A stretch of DNA of 64,000 nucleotides, taken from the NCBI GenBank assembly GCA_043821365.1, contig JBDRCX010000006.1, forward strand, positions 160,001 to 224,000, written 5' to 3'. The position numbers and the translations under genes were made by a program. This DNA is from Candidatus Micrarchaeota archaeon (lineage in GTDB: Archaea > Micrarchaeota > Micrarchaeia > Anstonellales > Bilamarchaeaceae). The notes under the pieces were generated by a model. The model was not told the DNA's origin. It was given only the letters and a program-made list of their open reading frames with translations, and ran no database searches. Below are positions 1 through 11,513 of this stretch, in pieces; within the stretch, counting starts at the first letter, position 1, and each line of letters begins with the position of its first letter.

Positions 1-18
1 AATGGGAGCAAGATTTCA

Positions 19-2445
19 ATGACAGAAAATATTGTGGAAAGAACAATTGAATCAGACATGAAAGAGAGTTATCTTGATTACGCAATGTCAGTGATTATTG
101 GCAGAGCAATACCAGATGCAAGAGACGGACTTAAGCCAGTTCATAGAAGAATATTATATGCCATGCATGAACTTGGTAATGTTTATGGAAAGGCATACAA
201 AAAAAGTGCCCGTATAGTCGGTGAAGTTTTAGGTAAGTACCACCCACATGGAGATAGTGCTGTTTACGATTCATTAGTCAGAATGGCACAGAATTTTTCA
301 CTTAGATATACTTTAGTTGATGGTCAGGGAAACTTTGGTTCTATAGATGGTGATAATGCAGCTGCCATGAGATATACAGAAGTTCGTATGTCAAAGATAG
401 CTGCAGATCTTCTTATGGATATTGAAAAGGAAACTGTGAAATTTGGGGATAATTTCGATGGTACACTCAAAGAACCTCTTGTATTGCCTTCAAGAGTACC
501 GAATCTTCTGGTAAATGGTTCATCTGGAATAGCAGTTGGAATGGCAACTAACATGCCACCACACAATCTTGGTGAAATAGTTGATGCAACAATAGCATTC
601 GTAAACGGTAGTCAAGAAGATGATATAATAAAAATGATTCAAGGACCAGATTTTCCAACAGGGGGAATAATTGTTGGGAGATCAGGGATACTTAAGGCTT
701 ACAAAACTGGTCGTGGATCCATCAAGATAAGGGCAAGAGTAGAAAAAGATCTTCAGAAGCACACTTTAGTAATAAAAGAGATACCCTACCAGGTCAGTAA
801 AAGTATTTTGATAGAAACAATTGTAGATGCAGTAAGAGATAAGAAAATAGATGGAATAAGCGGGGTTCATGATAGATCAGATAAGGACGGTATGGAAGTC
901 ATTATTGATCTGAAGAAAAGTGCAGACCCAGATATTGTATTAAACCAATTATATACTCACACCCAATTACAAGGATCTTTTGGGATTATAAATTTGGCAA
1001 TTGTCAACCAACAGCCAAAAGTAATGGGCATATATGAAATGATAAATGTATTCGTTGAATTCAGAAAAGAAGTCATCAGAAAAAGAAGTGAATTTGAGCT
1101 TAAGGAAGCACAAGCAAGGGCACATATACTTGAAGGTCTCAAAATAGCACTTGATAATATTGATCCTATTGTTGATTTTTTAAGAAAATCAAAGAATATG
1201 GAGGAAGCACGAACAGGACTTATGAACAACTACTCACTCAGTGAAATCCAGGCAAATGCCGTGCTGGATATGAAAATATCAAAATTGATTGCATTGGAAA
1301 GAGAAAAAATCGAAAATGAATACCTGGAGCTCAAGAAAAAGATTACCTGGCTTACTGATGTACTTGGAGATGTTCAAAAGATACTTGAGATCATCAAAAA
1401 TGAACTACAAGAAGTAAGAGACAGATATGCAGACGAAAGAAAAACAGAGGTCATAGAGGGTGAAGATGACTTGGATATTGAATCCCTTATTCCAAATGAT
1501 GATGTGGTTGTTGTCATAAGCAACAGAGGCTATGTAAAGAGAGTAGGACTTGATGAATATCGTGCACAGAATCGTGGTGGAAAGGGAGTAATAGGAACAG
1601 AGACAAAAGAAAAAGACTTTGTACAAGACGTAATAATAACCAAAAACCACAATTATTTGTTGTTATTTACTGATAAAGGAAGAATGTTCTGGCTGAAAAC
1701 ATATAGAGTGCCAGAAGGTAGCAGGTACGCTACAGGAAGGACACTAGTCAGTATACTTGATCTGAAGGAAGAGAAAGTAACTTCTTGGATTAGTGTTGAA
1801 AAATTCGACACTGGTGAGTATCTGTCTATGATAACCAGAAACGGAATCATCAAAAGAACCACACTTGAAAACTTCAGTAATGTTAGAAGAGGAGGTATAA
1901 TTGCCATAACACTCAAGGAAAAAGATAGTTTGGTAGAAGTATTGAAAACAGATGGTAAGCATGACCTTATCATTGCAACAAAGAAAGGCCAGGCAATAAG
2001 ATTCAAAGAAGAAGAAGCAAGAGAATTAGGAAGAACTGGCCAAGGGGTTATTGGTATAAGATTGAAAGAAGATAATGATGAAGTTGTGGGCATTGCAACA
2101 AGCATAAGACCAACTGTCCTTACAATAACTGAGAATGGTTTTGGAAAAAGAACCGCCATTGATGAATATAGAGTTCAAGGAAGAGGAGGAACTGGTGTCA
2201 TAAACATAAAAACCGAAGGAAGAAATGGTGATGTTATTGGCATAAGAACAGTTGAAGATGACGATGAGATAATCGTTATGAGCTCTAGGGGACAAACAAT
2301 CAGAACGCCAGTAAGTGGAATTTCAACCATTGGTAGGAACACACAGGGAGTTACCATAATAAGAATGGACGAAGGAGAAACGGTTGCAAGTTTTGCAGTT
2401 GTGAGAAAAAACGAAACAGAAGAAATTACTCCTGAACAGCCTTAA
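19..2445 (+). CDS. gyrA: DNA gyrase subunit A
   Basis: GKYHPHGDS, catalytic AAMRYTE, GyrA-box-like QNRGGKG, C-terminal pinwheel repeats. Confidence 0.97.
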   Translation: MTENIVERTIESDMKESYLDYAMSVIIGRAIPDARDGLKPVHRRILYAMHELGNVYGKAYKKSARIVGEVLGKYHPHGDSAVYDSLVRMAQNFSLRYTLVDGQGNFGSIDGDNAAAMRYTEVRMSKIAADLLMDIEKETVKFGDNFDGTLKEPLVLPSRVPNLLVNGSSGIAVGMATNMPPHNLGEIVDATIAFVNGSQEDDIIKMIQGPDFPTGGIIVGRSGILKAYKTGRGSIKIRARVEKDLQKHTLVIKEIPYQVSKSILIETIVDAVRDKKIDGISGVHDRSDKDGMEVIIDLKKSADPDIVLNQLYTHTQLQGSFGIINLAIVNQQPKVMGIYEMINVFVEFRKEVIRKRSEFELKEAQARAHILEGLKIALDNIDPIVDFLRKSKNMEEARTGLMNNYSLSEIQANAVLDMKISKLIALEREKIENEYLELKKKITWLTDVLGDVQKILEIIKNELQEVRDRYADERKTEVIEGEDDLDIESLIPNDDVVVVISNRGYVKRVGLDEYRAQNRGGKGVIGTETKEKDFVQDVIITKNHNYLLLFTDKGRMFWLKTYRVPEGSRYATGRTLVSILDLKEEKVTSWISVEKFDTGEYLSMITRNGIIKRTTLENFSNVRRGGIIAITLKEKDSLVEVLKTDGKHDLIIATKKGQAIRFKEEEARELGRTGQGVIGIRLKEDNDEVVGIATSIRPTVLTITENGFGKRTAIDEYRVQGRGGTGVINIKTEGRNGDVIGIRTVEDDDEIIVMSSRGQTIRTPVSGISTIGRNTQGVTIIRMDEGETVASFAVVRKNETEEITPEQP

Positions 2446-2914
2446 GCAAAAACTTCAACAAATGTTTTTTTGTCCCTGGTTTTTTATTCCATTTTTTTAC
2501 TAATTTTTTATGTTCTTCTAATTCTTTTATAAGTTGATTCGAATCCATATCAGGACCATTGATTCTGAATAGAAGTTGGGATGTTAGAGGACAAAAACGT
2601 GTGTTTAGTTTGCCAACAACATTATAGGGATATCTACGGCAGGAAAGTGGAGTTGTTTTGTGAATCCTGCATTTGTGATTTTTTGTATTTAGAAAATAAC
2701 AGGGGTGAGACTTTAGTCCAAGAAGAAAATAGCCTTCTTTTGTATCAAAAACACAATCAGGATCATAGCTCAAAAGGCGTGGTTCAAGAAGTGTAACATA
2801 TGACTCTGGAGTTGTTTTTGTTTTTTTTATAATTCTTGCAAGATCGAATACAGAAATTGTAATGGTGTAGGTCCTACAACATTCGGATTTGCAGAATATA
2901 CACGGATTGACCAT
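2426..2914 (-). CDS. YkgJ-family cysteine cluster protein
   Basis: CxxCxxxCC at the N-terminus, then PCYFL...CRIH...PLSCRRYPY. Confidence 0.8.
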   Translation of the reverse strand: MVNPCIFCKSECCRTYTITISVFDLARIIKKTKTTPESYVTLLEPRLLSYDPDCVFDTKEGYFLLGLKSHPCYFLNTKNHKCRIHKTTPLSCRRYPYNVVGKLNTRFCPLTSQLLFRINGPDMDSNQLIKELEEHKKLVKKWNKKPGTKKHLLKFLLKAVQE

Positions 2915-2966
2915 AAAGTTGTTTGAATACAGGATTTTAAAATAATGCTGATGATAAAAAACAGAG

Positions 2967-4157
2967 ATGACCAGTAAAGTAGAAGCATCTGAGATGTGGT
3001 TGATTGCTCGGCATCATTCAGAAGAACCCATAAGAATTGAGGCTGGTTTACGGGCAATAAAAGGACTTAATGAGGAAGAACTTATACAAGTTCTCTCTGA
3101 TAAGGGATTACCATTTCAAGTTAGACTTGCAGCAGCCAAACAAATTACATCTGATTTAGTAAACTATGAGGACCATAGAAAACTGGAATTGGTCGTAAAA
3201 ATAACAGAAAACCAGATGATTGCACAGATAGCAAGGAATGGATTGCGTGACCTTGCACTTATTGATGGTTATTTTCTTATGGAAGATGGATTTGGGGCTG
3301 GAGGAAAACTTGAGGAAGACCAGTTTGATAGTTTGGTAAGGTTATCACGAGTGGTATTAAATCATCCTGAAAAAGCATACAAAAATATTGCAACAAGATT
3401 ATTACTGGAATTTTGCAACGAAAGAAAAGGTTGTGAAACAGCAGAAACTGCTGAACTATTGATACAGATGGCAGAAGATGAGAGATTCTCTTTAGAATTA
3501 CGAAATGGTTTTGGTATTAGTGCCATGAGATATTACGTTGAAGAGGGCGGAAAAAATCAAATGCTCAAGTTACTTGGAGAAAACCAAAATGTTCCGGAAA
3601 GTGTCTGTGCTGAAGCAAATAATATACAAAATCATGAGAACGCAGATATGAACTACTTGAGAAATATTGATTTTATGCTTGATAATGAACAATTAAAACC
3701 AGAAGAAGCAGGTTTTATGTATATTGAATTCAGCAGAAGAGAGAGAACAACAGAAAAAGGAATAGCAGAGTCAATGAAGCGATTTAGGCACCTGAGACCG
3801 TGGGTTAGAGAAAAAGCAATGCGAGATTTTGAACAGGAGACAACTGCAATGGCGATAATAAATGAAAGTGTAGTAAGGCCAGATGAAGTATCTTCAATGA
3901 CAGACATTCTAATAGATTATGTCAGATGTTGTGTTGGTAGAAACAGAAACATAAGTAAATTCCTCAGAGCACTTGAGGATGGAAGAGTGCCAGAAGACCT
4001 AAGAGAAAAAGCAATTGATATTGCCAAAAGAACTGCCATAGCAGCTGCAGAAAGATATGGTTTGGGGATATTTGGTAGGCAGGAAGCACCGAGAACAAGG
4101 ATTAGAAGTGAAGGAAAAAGCATACTAAGAAGAATAAGACCAGTTGGTCATGCATAA
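2967..4157 (+). CDS. Hypothetical alpha-helical protein
   Basis: 396-aa ORF; VRLAAAK resembles a HEAT repeat; no family recognised. Confidence 0.65.
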   Translation: MTSKVEASEMWLIARHHSEEPIRIEAGLRAIKGLNEEELIQVLSDKGLPFQVRLAAAKQITSDLVNYEDHRKLELVVKITENQMIAQIARNGLRDLALIDGYFLMEDGFGAGGKLEEDQFDSLVRLSRVVLNHPEKAYKNIATRLLLEFCNERKGCETAETAELLIQMAEDERFSLELRNGFGISAMRYYVEEGGKNQMLKLLGENQNVPESVCAEANNIQNHENADMNYLRNIDFMLDNEQLKPEEAGFMYIEFSRRERTTEKGIAESMKRFRHLRPWVREKAMRDFEQETTAMAIINESVVRPDEVSSMTDILIDYVRCCVGRNRNISKFLRALEDGRVPEDLREKAIDIAKRTAIAAAERYGLGIFGRQEAPRTRIRSEGKSILRRIRPVGHA

Positions 4158-5941
4158 CTAGAATCGTGTTTTCTTTTTTTGATTATGGGAGCAACTTCTG
4201 CAGCATCAACTTGCAAACGATATTTTTGCATAATTTGCTTTAGATCAAAGTCGTTGTCAGCAACAAGTTTTTCAAGAGCGTCTCCTGTAATTTTTTGGAA
4301 TCTGAACACTTTCAGCACTGCGTCTACCCTTGCTCCTTTTGCCATTCCTTTTAGGATCTCAGGTATTGCAGCTTTCACAAATGTTCCTTTGTTATATTCA
4401 GAAAAAAGTTCGCTGAGTGTTTTTTCAAGATCAGTAAATTCCACACCTTCACGCCTCAGAGAAATAATTGTATCTTCAATTGTAGTTGCAATAAGCATTG
4501 GATCAGTTCCATCTGATATTAACCTATCAAATAAGTGAAGATGTCTTGATTTTAATATTCTTTTTGCCATTTCTTTATTTAGGAGTTTACCCAAGCGTGT
4601 TTTCTTCTCCTCTAGTGATTCACTTTTTTCAACAGATTCTAGTATTGATTTATCTATTAGAATAGGAGGGATATCAGTTTCTGGATACAATCTTGCCCTT
4701 CCTGGGAGTGGCCTCATATAGGTCGAAGTACCATCTTGATTTGCTTTTCTTGTTTCTTTAGGTACGTAGTCCATATTTGCACGTTCAGTAGCATATTTAA
4801 GTGAAAGTTCTGCTTGAACTAGAGGTGCAACAACCAGAACAAATGCATCTTGATCTTCCATTTGTAAAAGTTTTCTGAGTTGTGTTTCCTCCTCTGTAGA
4901 GATGGAATATTTTTTCAGATCTTCGTCACTATGAATTAAACCTTTTACTCCAGCTTTTTTTGCATAATCACTTAATTCAGTACCATATCTTCTTCCTTTC
5001 TGTATTTCAGCACCCAATATACCCTTGTGTTTGGATAATTTTTGTGCTAAAACCACACTTCCGGATTTTAGACCTTGAGCGATGAGTTTAGCATTGGTTT
5101 TTTGAAAAATAGAACTGGCATCAACAACACCTAGCTTGATTGGAAGTGCATTAAGTCTGCGCAAATCCAGAAGAATTTTGATGAGATTGGTTTGTCGTTT
5201 AACTTCATTCTCAACATAACTAGAAAGCATCTTTAGATCCTGTGCTCCTTTGATTTCCACTCTTGCTCCGCCTTCAGTAGATATATTAACATCCTGTCTG
5301 ATGGTTCCTAGACCGCGGGCAACTTTCCCAGTTGTCCTAAGTATAAGGCCTATTTTTTCTGCAACTTCAACCAAATGTTCACCGTCTTTAATATCTGGTG
5401 TTGTATTTATCTCAATAAGTGGAATGCCAAGTCTATCAAGCCTATAAACTGCTTTTGAATCTGAACTTGAGACAATACCTGCACTTTCTTCCTCTAATGC
5501 AATCAAAGGGATACCAATTGTACCCTTGGAAGTATGAAGATGACCATTCATGGCAATAATTGTAGTGCGTTGGAAACCAGAGGTATTGCTGCCATCTATA
5601 ACCATTTTTCTCATTATGTGAATTTGGTTGAGTATAACAGCATTAAATTGAAGAGCAATTTGGAGGGTTGTTCTAAGTGCTTCTGGGTTTAGTGAATGTG
5701 GTGGTTCTTCATCAGTTTCAACAAGGCAATTATTAGATGAGAAAACTTGGTATTCGAAAATACGATCTTTTGCAGATTCAACTTGAGATGCTGCATCAAT
5801 CTCACCAAGTTCACTAAGAACAGGATGAAGCCTTCTGTGAATTGAAAGTAGTGGTTTCTCATCATCTGTCATTGATGATGAACAATTACAAAATAATTTT
5901 TTCGTATCAAGACGTTGATGAATTTCAAGACCGATTTTCAT
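4148..5941 (-). CDS. gatE: Glu-tRNA(Gln) amidotransferase subunit E
   Basis: MKIGLEIHQRL, RKMVIDGSNTSGFQRT, LDRLGIPLIEI, RGLGTIRQDVN. Confidence 0.96.
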   Translation of the reverse strand: MKIGLEIHQRLDTKKLFCNCSSSMTDDEKPLLSIHRRLHPVLSELGEIDAASQVESAKDRIFEYQVFSSNNCLVETDEEPPHSLNPEALRTTLQIALQFNAVILNQIHIMRKMVIDGSNTSGFQRTTIIAMNGHLHTSKGTIGIPLIALEEESAGIVSSSDSKAVYRLDRLGIPLIEINTTPDIKDGEHLVEVAEKIGLILRTTGKVARGLGTIRQDVNISTEGGARVEIKGAQDLKMLSSYVENEVKRQTNLIKILLDLRRLNALPIKLGVVDASSIFQKTNAKLIAQGLKSGSVVLAQKLSKHKGILGAEIQKGRRYGTELSDYAKKAGVKGLIHSDEDLKKYSISTEEETQLRKLLQMEDQDAFVLVVAPLVQAELSLKYATERANMDYVPKETRKANQDGTSTYMRPLPGRARLYPETDIPPILIDKSILESVEKSESLEEKKTRLGKLLNKEMAKRILKSRHLHLFDRLISDGTDPMLIATTIEDTIISLRREGVEFTDLEKTLSELFSEYNKGTFVKAAIPEILKGMAKGARVDAVLKVFRFQKITGDALEKLVADNDFDLKQIMQKYRLQVDAAEVAPIIKKRKHDSSYA

Positions 5942-5995
5942 ATAATATCACCTGGGGGCTTGAAAGATTTGAACGAATCGCCATTCAAACAGATT

Positions 5996-7312
5996 TCAAG
6001 ACCTATCTTCATAATACCCCTCAAGACTAGACCGTTCGCTTATTTCACCTGCAATGTTTGTGAGCATAAGTTTTTCAACTTCTTTCATGTCTTTTGTTTG
6101 ACCAAGTGCCCAGCAAAGTTTTGCATATGCTGTTTCTGGTGTCCAATCTGCTCCATCCCCAATAACACCAGCATCAATAAGCATTCTTCCAGTTGTATAA
6201 ACACGCATGCATATCCTTCCGGAAATACATTGTGAACTCATAACAACAGGAATACCAGAACTGACAAGCTCTTTTATTGGTTTGTAAACGCTTTCGACAG
6301 ATTTATCGTGGAATGCATTAGCAGCAACGTGCCCCAATCCAGTTCCCATTAGCACAACACCATCATAATCACTGAGTTTTCTGATAAATTCTGGTTTCAT
6401 ACCAGGATGAGAATAAACAAGTGCAACATTATGATTAAGTGATTTTTTTACTATCAGACCGTTTTTATTGCGTGGCATATACTCGGACAGTTTTTCAAAC
6501 TTGTTGGTTTTGTGGTCAACTTTAAAGAGAGGTGCAGAATCTATCGAACGGAATGCATCTCTTGATGATGTGTGCATTTTCCTAACCTTGTTACCACGAT
6601 GAAGATAGCAAAAATCATCATTAGTTGATGAATGCATACAAACAGTTACCTCACCCACATCTTGTGATGCAGAAAAAACAGAATTAAGCATATTCATCTC
6701 ATTTTCACTTGAAGGACGATCAGAACTTCTCTGAGATCCAACAAAAACAATAGGAACTGGTAGTTGTTGTAGCATAAAACTCATGGCAGCAGATGTATAG
6801 GTCATTGTATCAGTACCATGCATGACAACAATCCCTTCACTCCCATCTTTGATTTCAGCTTCAATAGTGTCTGCAAGATGTTTCCAATGTGATGTATTCA
6901 TATCTTCTGACAATAATGAAAATATCTGTTTTGAATGAATATTCCACTTATTAAGATTTGGGAAGATCATCCTCAAATCTTTTGCTGTTATTGAGGGAAA
7001 AACTGCACCAGTTTTATACTCTATTTTTGAAGCAATTGTTCCACCACAACCAAGTATGGCAATGCCTCCTTTTTTTTCTTCAACCAGATCATCCTGAGGC
7101 TTACGAGGCATTGATTTTGAAACAAGTTCAATTGAATTGGTTTTTATTCCAGTGTTATAACCACTGTCTAATTTCAGAACTACCACATGTGGATCTCCTG
7201 ATGATGGCATAATCAAACCTTCAAACACACCAGCATCAGAAATAAGCTTAACCCTATCTCCAATTGATATGTTTTTTGTCTTTAGTTCTTTTTCAATTGC
7301 GTGAGAATACAT
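5996..7312 (-). CDS. gatD: Glu-tRNA(Gln) amidotransferase subunit D
   Basis: Asparaginase-like GGTIASK, HGTDTM, GSQRSSDRPSS; adjacent to gatE. Confidence 0.96.
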   Translation of the reverse strand: MYSHAIEKELKTKNISIGDRVKLISDAGVFEGLIMPSSGDPHVVVLKLDSGYNTGIKTNSIELVSKSMPRKPQDDLVEEKKGGIAILGCGGTIASKIEYKTGAVFPSITAKDLRMIFPNLNKWNIHSKQIFSLLSEDMNTSHWKHLADTIEAEIKDGSEGIVVMHGTDTMTYTSAAMSFMLQQLPVPIVFVGSQRSSDRPSSENEMNMLNSVFSASQDVGEVTVCMHSSTNDDFCYLHRGNKVRKMHTSSRDAFRSIDSAPLFKVDHKTNKFEKLSEYMPRNKNGLIVKKSLNHNVALVYSHPGMKPEFIRKLSDYDGVVLMGTGLGHVAANAFHDKSVESVYKPIKELVSSGIPVVMSSQCISGRICMRVYTTGRMLIDAGVIGDGADWTPETAYAKLCWALGQTKDMKEVEKLMLTNIAGEISERSSLEGYYEDRS

Positions 7313-7410
7313 AACTACCCCTAATTAGATAGACTTAGATGATTATAATTATTAAGACCTATGGGGGCATGAACAGAGATAATTAAGGACAATCGCAATT
7401 CTGGCTGGAA

Positions 7411-10400
7411 TCAATCAATTTTGAAAATTCTTACTGCCCCATCAGATGAACTGTAAACAAGTGTGAACCCAGGTATTTCCCCAAGGAACATTGCTCGATA
7501 AAGGTTTGAATCATAGAATTTGCCTTTTCTATCTTCATAACCAGCTTTTATAACTCCATTATCCAGCCACACTAGATCATTAGTATAGAAGAGGGTTACT
7601 TGGGTCACTTGTCCAAAATGTGCAGTCGAACCAACCTGTCCTGCCAAACCAAGCTGGGCTTTATTTATTTTAAGATCTCCATTTGAGTAGGTTTCGTTTA
7701 GATAATATGTAGCAGGAACTGTCTGACCAGTTACCAAAGTAGCATCACCAACACAGTAGGTTGGCACTGATTGATAAACTGCCTTACAATAGTCAATTAC
7801 CTGTTGATCTGTTTGTCCAATACATTGTGATGGATAAAATGGAATGGTTGTGTCACCAACTGAAAGTTTATACGCTGTATAGCCAGTTTTTCCAGTTAGA
7901 TCAGAGATAGTACATGGTATTTGAGAGACGAAAATTGTTTCCCATAGATGTTCTGCTTCACATTCAGACTCTCCTGGAGACTTTAATACAGTAGTTTCAT
8001 TGTTATACGCACATGAAAGATAGTTCAATGCACCATATTTACCGCCAAGAGAATTTCCACCAGCAACAAGTTCAATATCAAAAAGTGCATACTCGCTACC
8101 ATATGATTTCATTATTTCAATTAATTCTTCTGGAGTAGAATCAAGATAACCATTTGCAACATTACCTATCATCTCATGGGAAAGATGTTCATTTCTAACT
8201 ACTGCATTTCTCTCACCAAAATAGTTCAACCAGTGACCATAATCCCACCAGGAAATTACTCTAGCATCCGTATCAAGATTAACCTTTATCCATTCCATTG
8301 AGTCGACCCAATAGGTGGCAAGCCTAGTGCAACGTAAATATGCAGCCGGAGGTTCCCAGGGTGGAGCTTTAGAAGGATCTTGTAGATAAGTTGGGCTTGA
8401 AAATATAGAAAGCATGCATAGTTTTTGGCTATACTGATAATTTGTTCCCAAACTTGCATAACCAAGTGGGTCAGATGCAGCAGCACAAACTTCACTATCT
8501 TTTGTTGCAGCACAAAGTTGTGTGAATTTACTTGCAAGTGCATTTGGATCATTTTGGTAAAGTGTTTGGAAAGAACCCCAGAGAAAAGATGGGGCAAGCC
8601 CCATATGAGCAAACTGTAGAACAACAAATGCAAAACCGATACCAATCACAAATGGGGCATATGATTTCAATGCATGTTGCTCAGACTCCATCAATACCTT
8701 CCCCGCCTGCCCAATCGTAACTCCAATTGCTATGGCAAAAAGAACTGCAGCATAGATAGTGTATTTTGCTTTCAACAAACCAACAATAAACGGTGGTAGT
8801 AGGATTGCCAAAAAGAACAAGAATAGACCATCATCTTTTTTCTGTATAAATCTCCAAAGTGAATAAACAGATGATAAGATAAATAATAAAAACCAGAAAA
8901 GCAGGAGACTTGTTGTTTTTTCATTATATGGTATCGACGTGCCTAGGACAAGATTAATTATTGAAACGAAGATACTTAAGATCAGATTTGAAAGTATTGA
9001 AAATGGGACTAAAACAAGAAATGCAAGGCTGTCAAAAATAGATGAGTTTTGAGATAGAGAATACTCTTGAGCAATAAAACCAATTTGGCTTCCGAAGACA
9101 GTTGATGCGATACCTTGCTCTGCAATTGTTCTGTCTAATGGGGCATTATACTGGGCTATTTGGAACACTGATCTCCCAAGATCTTTTATATTGGCTCCAA
9201 ATGGTGAAAGATAGATGAGAAGACCTAATATTAGAATAATACCTAGAGCAATTGTTTGTTGTTGTTTTGGAAGTTTTTGTTTGACAAGATAAAGAATGCC
9301 AACAAATAAAATTGGGATCAAAAATGTCACTGCATTGCCTAGATAGATTGAACCAGTTTCGAAAAATGATTTGATTATTGTTGAACCAAGTAAAACACCA
9401 ATAACGTAAATAATAACGTTAATTTGCAACAGGTGTTTAAGCATACTTTCATCTTCATCCCTTAGAAACACGAGTATAGAATAGCTGATTGTGAATAATA
9501 AAACTCCAACCAACGCAACTATTTGTGAACTGCTTCCTAAGGCTAATGCAACCCATGCCAAACTTGCAAGCAGGGGATAAGTTAGTTCTTTCTTTTTAAT
9601 TGAAAGGAAATACATGGCATAGAAAAATAACAGTGCAAAAAAGGCATATGGTTGAACTTCTTGTTCTCCTGCTGCCAATTTGTATACAAAAACAGGTATG
9701 AATGTTGTAAGTCCTGCTGCAATTAAACCAAATTCTCTTTTGGTTGCTGTTGAAACAAGCAAATATACGAAAAATACTGCCAGAACTGCTGCCAGTGGTG
9801 GGTAGGTAGATGCAATAGCTGCTAAAAGCATATTGTTGTATTCTCCACCGCCAGTGTACAAAGAATACCAAACTGACTCCAAATATGAAATTGCAGGAAT
9901 TCCCCTATGATCAACTTCAGATATTGGATACCATGCTGTTGAATCATTAAATGGATTTTCACCTACTGAAAGAATCTGTGTTGCTGAGTATGTATAGAAA
10001 TATGGATCTAATTCCATAAATATTGGGCCGTAGGAACCGATTCTTATCAAATAGGTCACAACTAAAACCAACAAAAGACCAAGAGATATTAAATGTTCAG
10101 TTTGAATTTCGAAATTTTTGCCATGTGTTTTTAGAATAGACACATCCGGCAGTGTTATGTTCTCGTGAAGTTTATTTTTAACAAATAATGCAATCGAAAT
10201 AATGTAAAGTAGACCAACTGATAGTAGAGCTAATTCATAGGTATATTTTATGCCAAGAAGTAGATAGAGAAGGAATGGAATTAATGGTAATAAAACAAAA
10301 CCAATTGCAAAACCAACCATTAGTTTTTCCAAGAAATTGAATTCGGATTTATGAAGAATGGAAAATGATAGAATTGCTCCAGGTAAAAATGCAGAAACAA

Positions 10401-10461
10401 ATACCCATGCCAAAAGTAATACTAGATCAAAAGATAGAAACACAAAATTCACCAAATTCAA
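7411..10461 (-). CDS. aglB: Oligosaccharyltransferase (STT3/AglB)
   Basis: Many TM segments, ELDPYFY, SWWDYGHW motif; TTG start overlaps the ftsZ stop. Confidence 0.9.
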   Translation of the reverse strand: MNLVNFVFLSFDLVLLLAWVFVSAFLPGAILSFSILHKSEFNFLEKLMVGFAIGFVLLPLIPFLLYLLLGIKYTYELALLSVGLLYIISIALFVKNKLHENITLPDVSILKTHGKNFEIQTEHLISLGLLLVLVVTYLIRIGSYGPIFMELDPYFYTYSATQILSVGENPFNDSTAWYPISEVDHRGIPAISYLESVWYSLYTGGGEYNNMLLAAIASTYPPLAAVLAVFFVYLLVSTATKREFGLIAAGLTTFIPVFVYKLAAGEQEVQPYAFFALLFFYAMYFLSIKKKELTYPLLASLAWVALALGSSSQIVALVGVLLFTISYSILVFLRDEDESMLKHLLQINVIIYVIGVLLGSTIIKSFFETGSIYLGNAVTFLIPILFVGILYLVKQKLPKQQQTIALGIILILGLLIYLSPFGANIKDLGRSVFQIAQYNAPLDRTIAEQGIASTVFGSQIGFIAQEYSLSQNSSIFDSLAFLVLVPFSILSNLILSIFVSIINLVLGTSIPYNEKTTSLLLFWFLLFILSSVYSLWRFIQKKDDGLFLFFLAILLPPFIVGLLKAKYTIYAAVLFAIAIGVTIGQAGKVLMESEQHALKSYAPFVIGIGFAFVVLQFAHMGLAPSFLWGSFQTLYQNDPNALASKFTQLCAATKDSEVCAAASDPLGYASLGTNYQYSQKLCMLSIFSSPTYLQDPSKAPPWEPPAAYLRCTRLATYWVDSMEWIKVNLDTDARVISWWDYGHWLNYFGERNAVVRNEHLSHEMIGNVANGYLDSTPEELIEIMKSYGSEYALFDIELVAGGNSLGGKYGALNYLSCAYNNETTVLKSPGESECEAEHLWETIFVSQIPCTISDLTGKTGYTAYKLSVGDTTIPFYPSQCIGQTDQQVIDYCKAVYQSVPTYCVGDATLVTGQTVPATYYLNETYSNGDLKINKAQLGLAGQVGSTAHFGQVTQVTLFYTNDLVWLDNGVIKAGYEDRKGKFYDSNLYRAMFLGEIPGFTLVYSSSDGAVRIFKID

Positions 10462-11513
10462 AGATATTCAAAATCATTACTACTTCTTACTTCATCAGGA
10501 TCTGGACCCTTACCAAGAATATAAGGAGACTTTACACCAGTGATTATTGCAGTCACACTCAATGAATCTTTCATTGTTGGGCTTACCCTTGCACCTACCT
10601 TTATACTTGCATTTTCATCAAAGCTTTGAGTTATTAGTTCTCCTGCTTTAATTGCATCACCAAGAGATAGATCTGGCCCACCTTCAAGATGTAGAAGGCA
10701 TCCTTTTGCACCCTCATAATTCACATCAAGAAGAGGATGTTCAAGAGTGTCTTTTGCAACATCTTCTATTTTATTATGCCCGGCACCATGGCCAAGTGAG
10801 ATCATTGATAGACCACCACCTTGCATAACTGTTTTGATATCAGCATAATCAACATTCATCAAACTTGGAAATATGATTGTATCAGAGATTCCAGTTACTG
10901 CCCTCGTAGTTATTGAATCAGCAAGTTCGAATGCCTTATTAACTGGAAGATTAGGAGCATATGCTGCCAGTCGATTATTATCAATTACAACAACAGTATC
11001 ACAAACTTTAACTAATTCTTGGAGTGATTGTTGGGCCTTTTTTATCCTCACTCTTTCCAAAGCAAATGGATAGGTAACCATTGCAACAACAATTGCTCCT
11101 TGTTCTTTTGCAATCTCTGCAATTACTGGTGATGCACCACCACCAGTACCACCACCCATACCAGCACAGAGGAAAACAAGTTCGTTTTCACCAATTTGTT
11201 TTTTCAAAAGATCTCTGTCAGCATCTGCACATTTTTTTGCAACAGTGATGTCACCACCAGCCCCAAGGCCGCGTGTGATTGTTTTTCCAAGAAGCATTTT
11301 TGTGTGAGCTCCGGTCATATTAAGGTGTTTTCCATCTGTGTTTATTGCAATTGTCTTGGCACTTTTTATGTCTCCATTGTAAATTCTATTTACGCAATTA
11401 CAACCTGCACCACCAACACCCAAAACAGAAATACGGACCTGAGATGGATCAGCATCTGGCTGCTGATTACCTTCCTTAGCGGCTTTAATTATATCATCGA
11501 ACATTGAAACCAA
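10458..11513 (-). CDS. ftsZ: Cell division protein FtsZ (copy A)
   Basis: [18 protein letters not shown]7 loop NVDYAD. Confidence 0.95.
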   Translation of the reverse strand: MVSMFDDIIKAAKEGNQQPDADPSQVRISVLGVGGAGCNCVNRIYNGDIKSAKTIAINTDGKHLNMTGAHTKMLLGKTITRGLGAGGDITVAKKCADADRDLLKKQIGENELVFLCAGMGGGTGGGASPVIAEIAKEQGAIVVAMVTYPFALERVRIKKAQQSLQELVKVCDTVVVIDNNRLAAYAPNLPVNKAFELADSITTRAVTGISDTIIFPSLMNVDYADIKTVMQGGGLSMISLGHGAGHNKIEDVAKDTLEHPLLDVNYEGAKGCLLHLEGGPDLSLGDAIKAGELITQSFDENASIKVGARVSPTMKDSLSVTAIITGVKSPYILGKGPDPDEVRSSNDFEYL

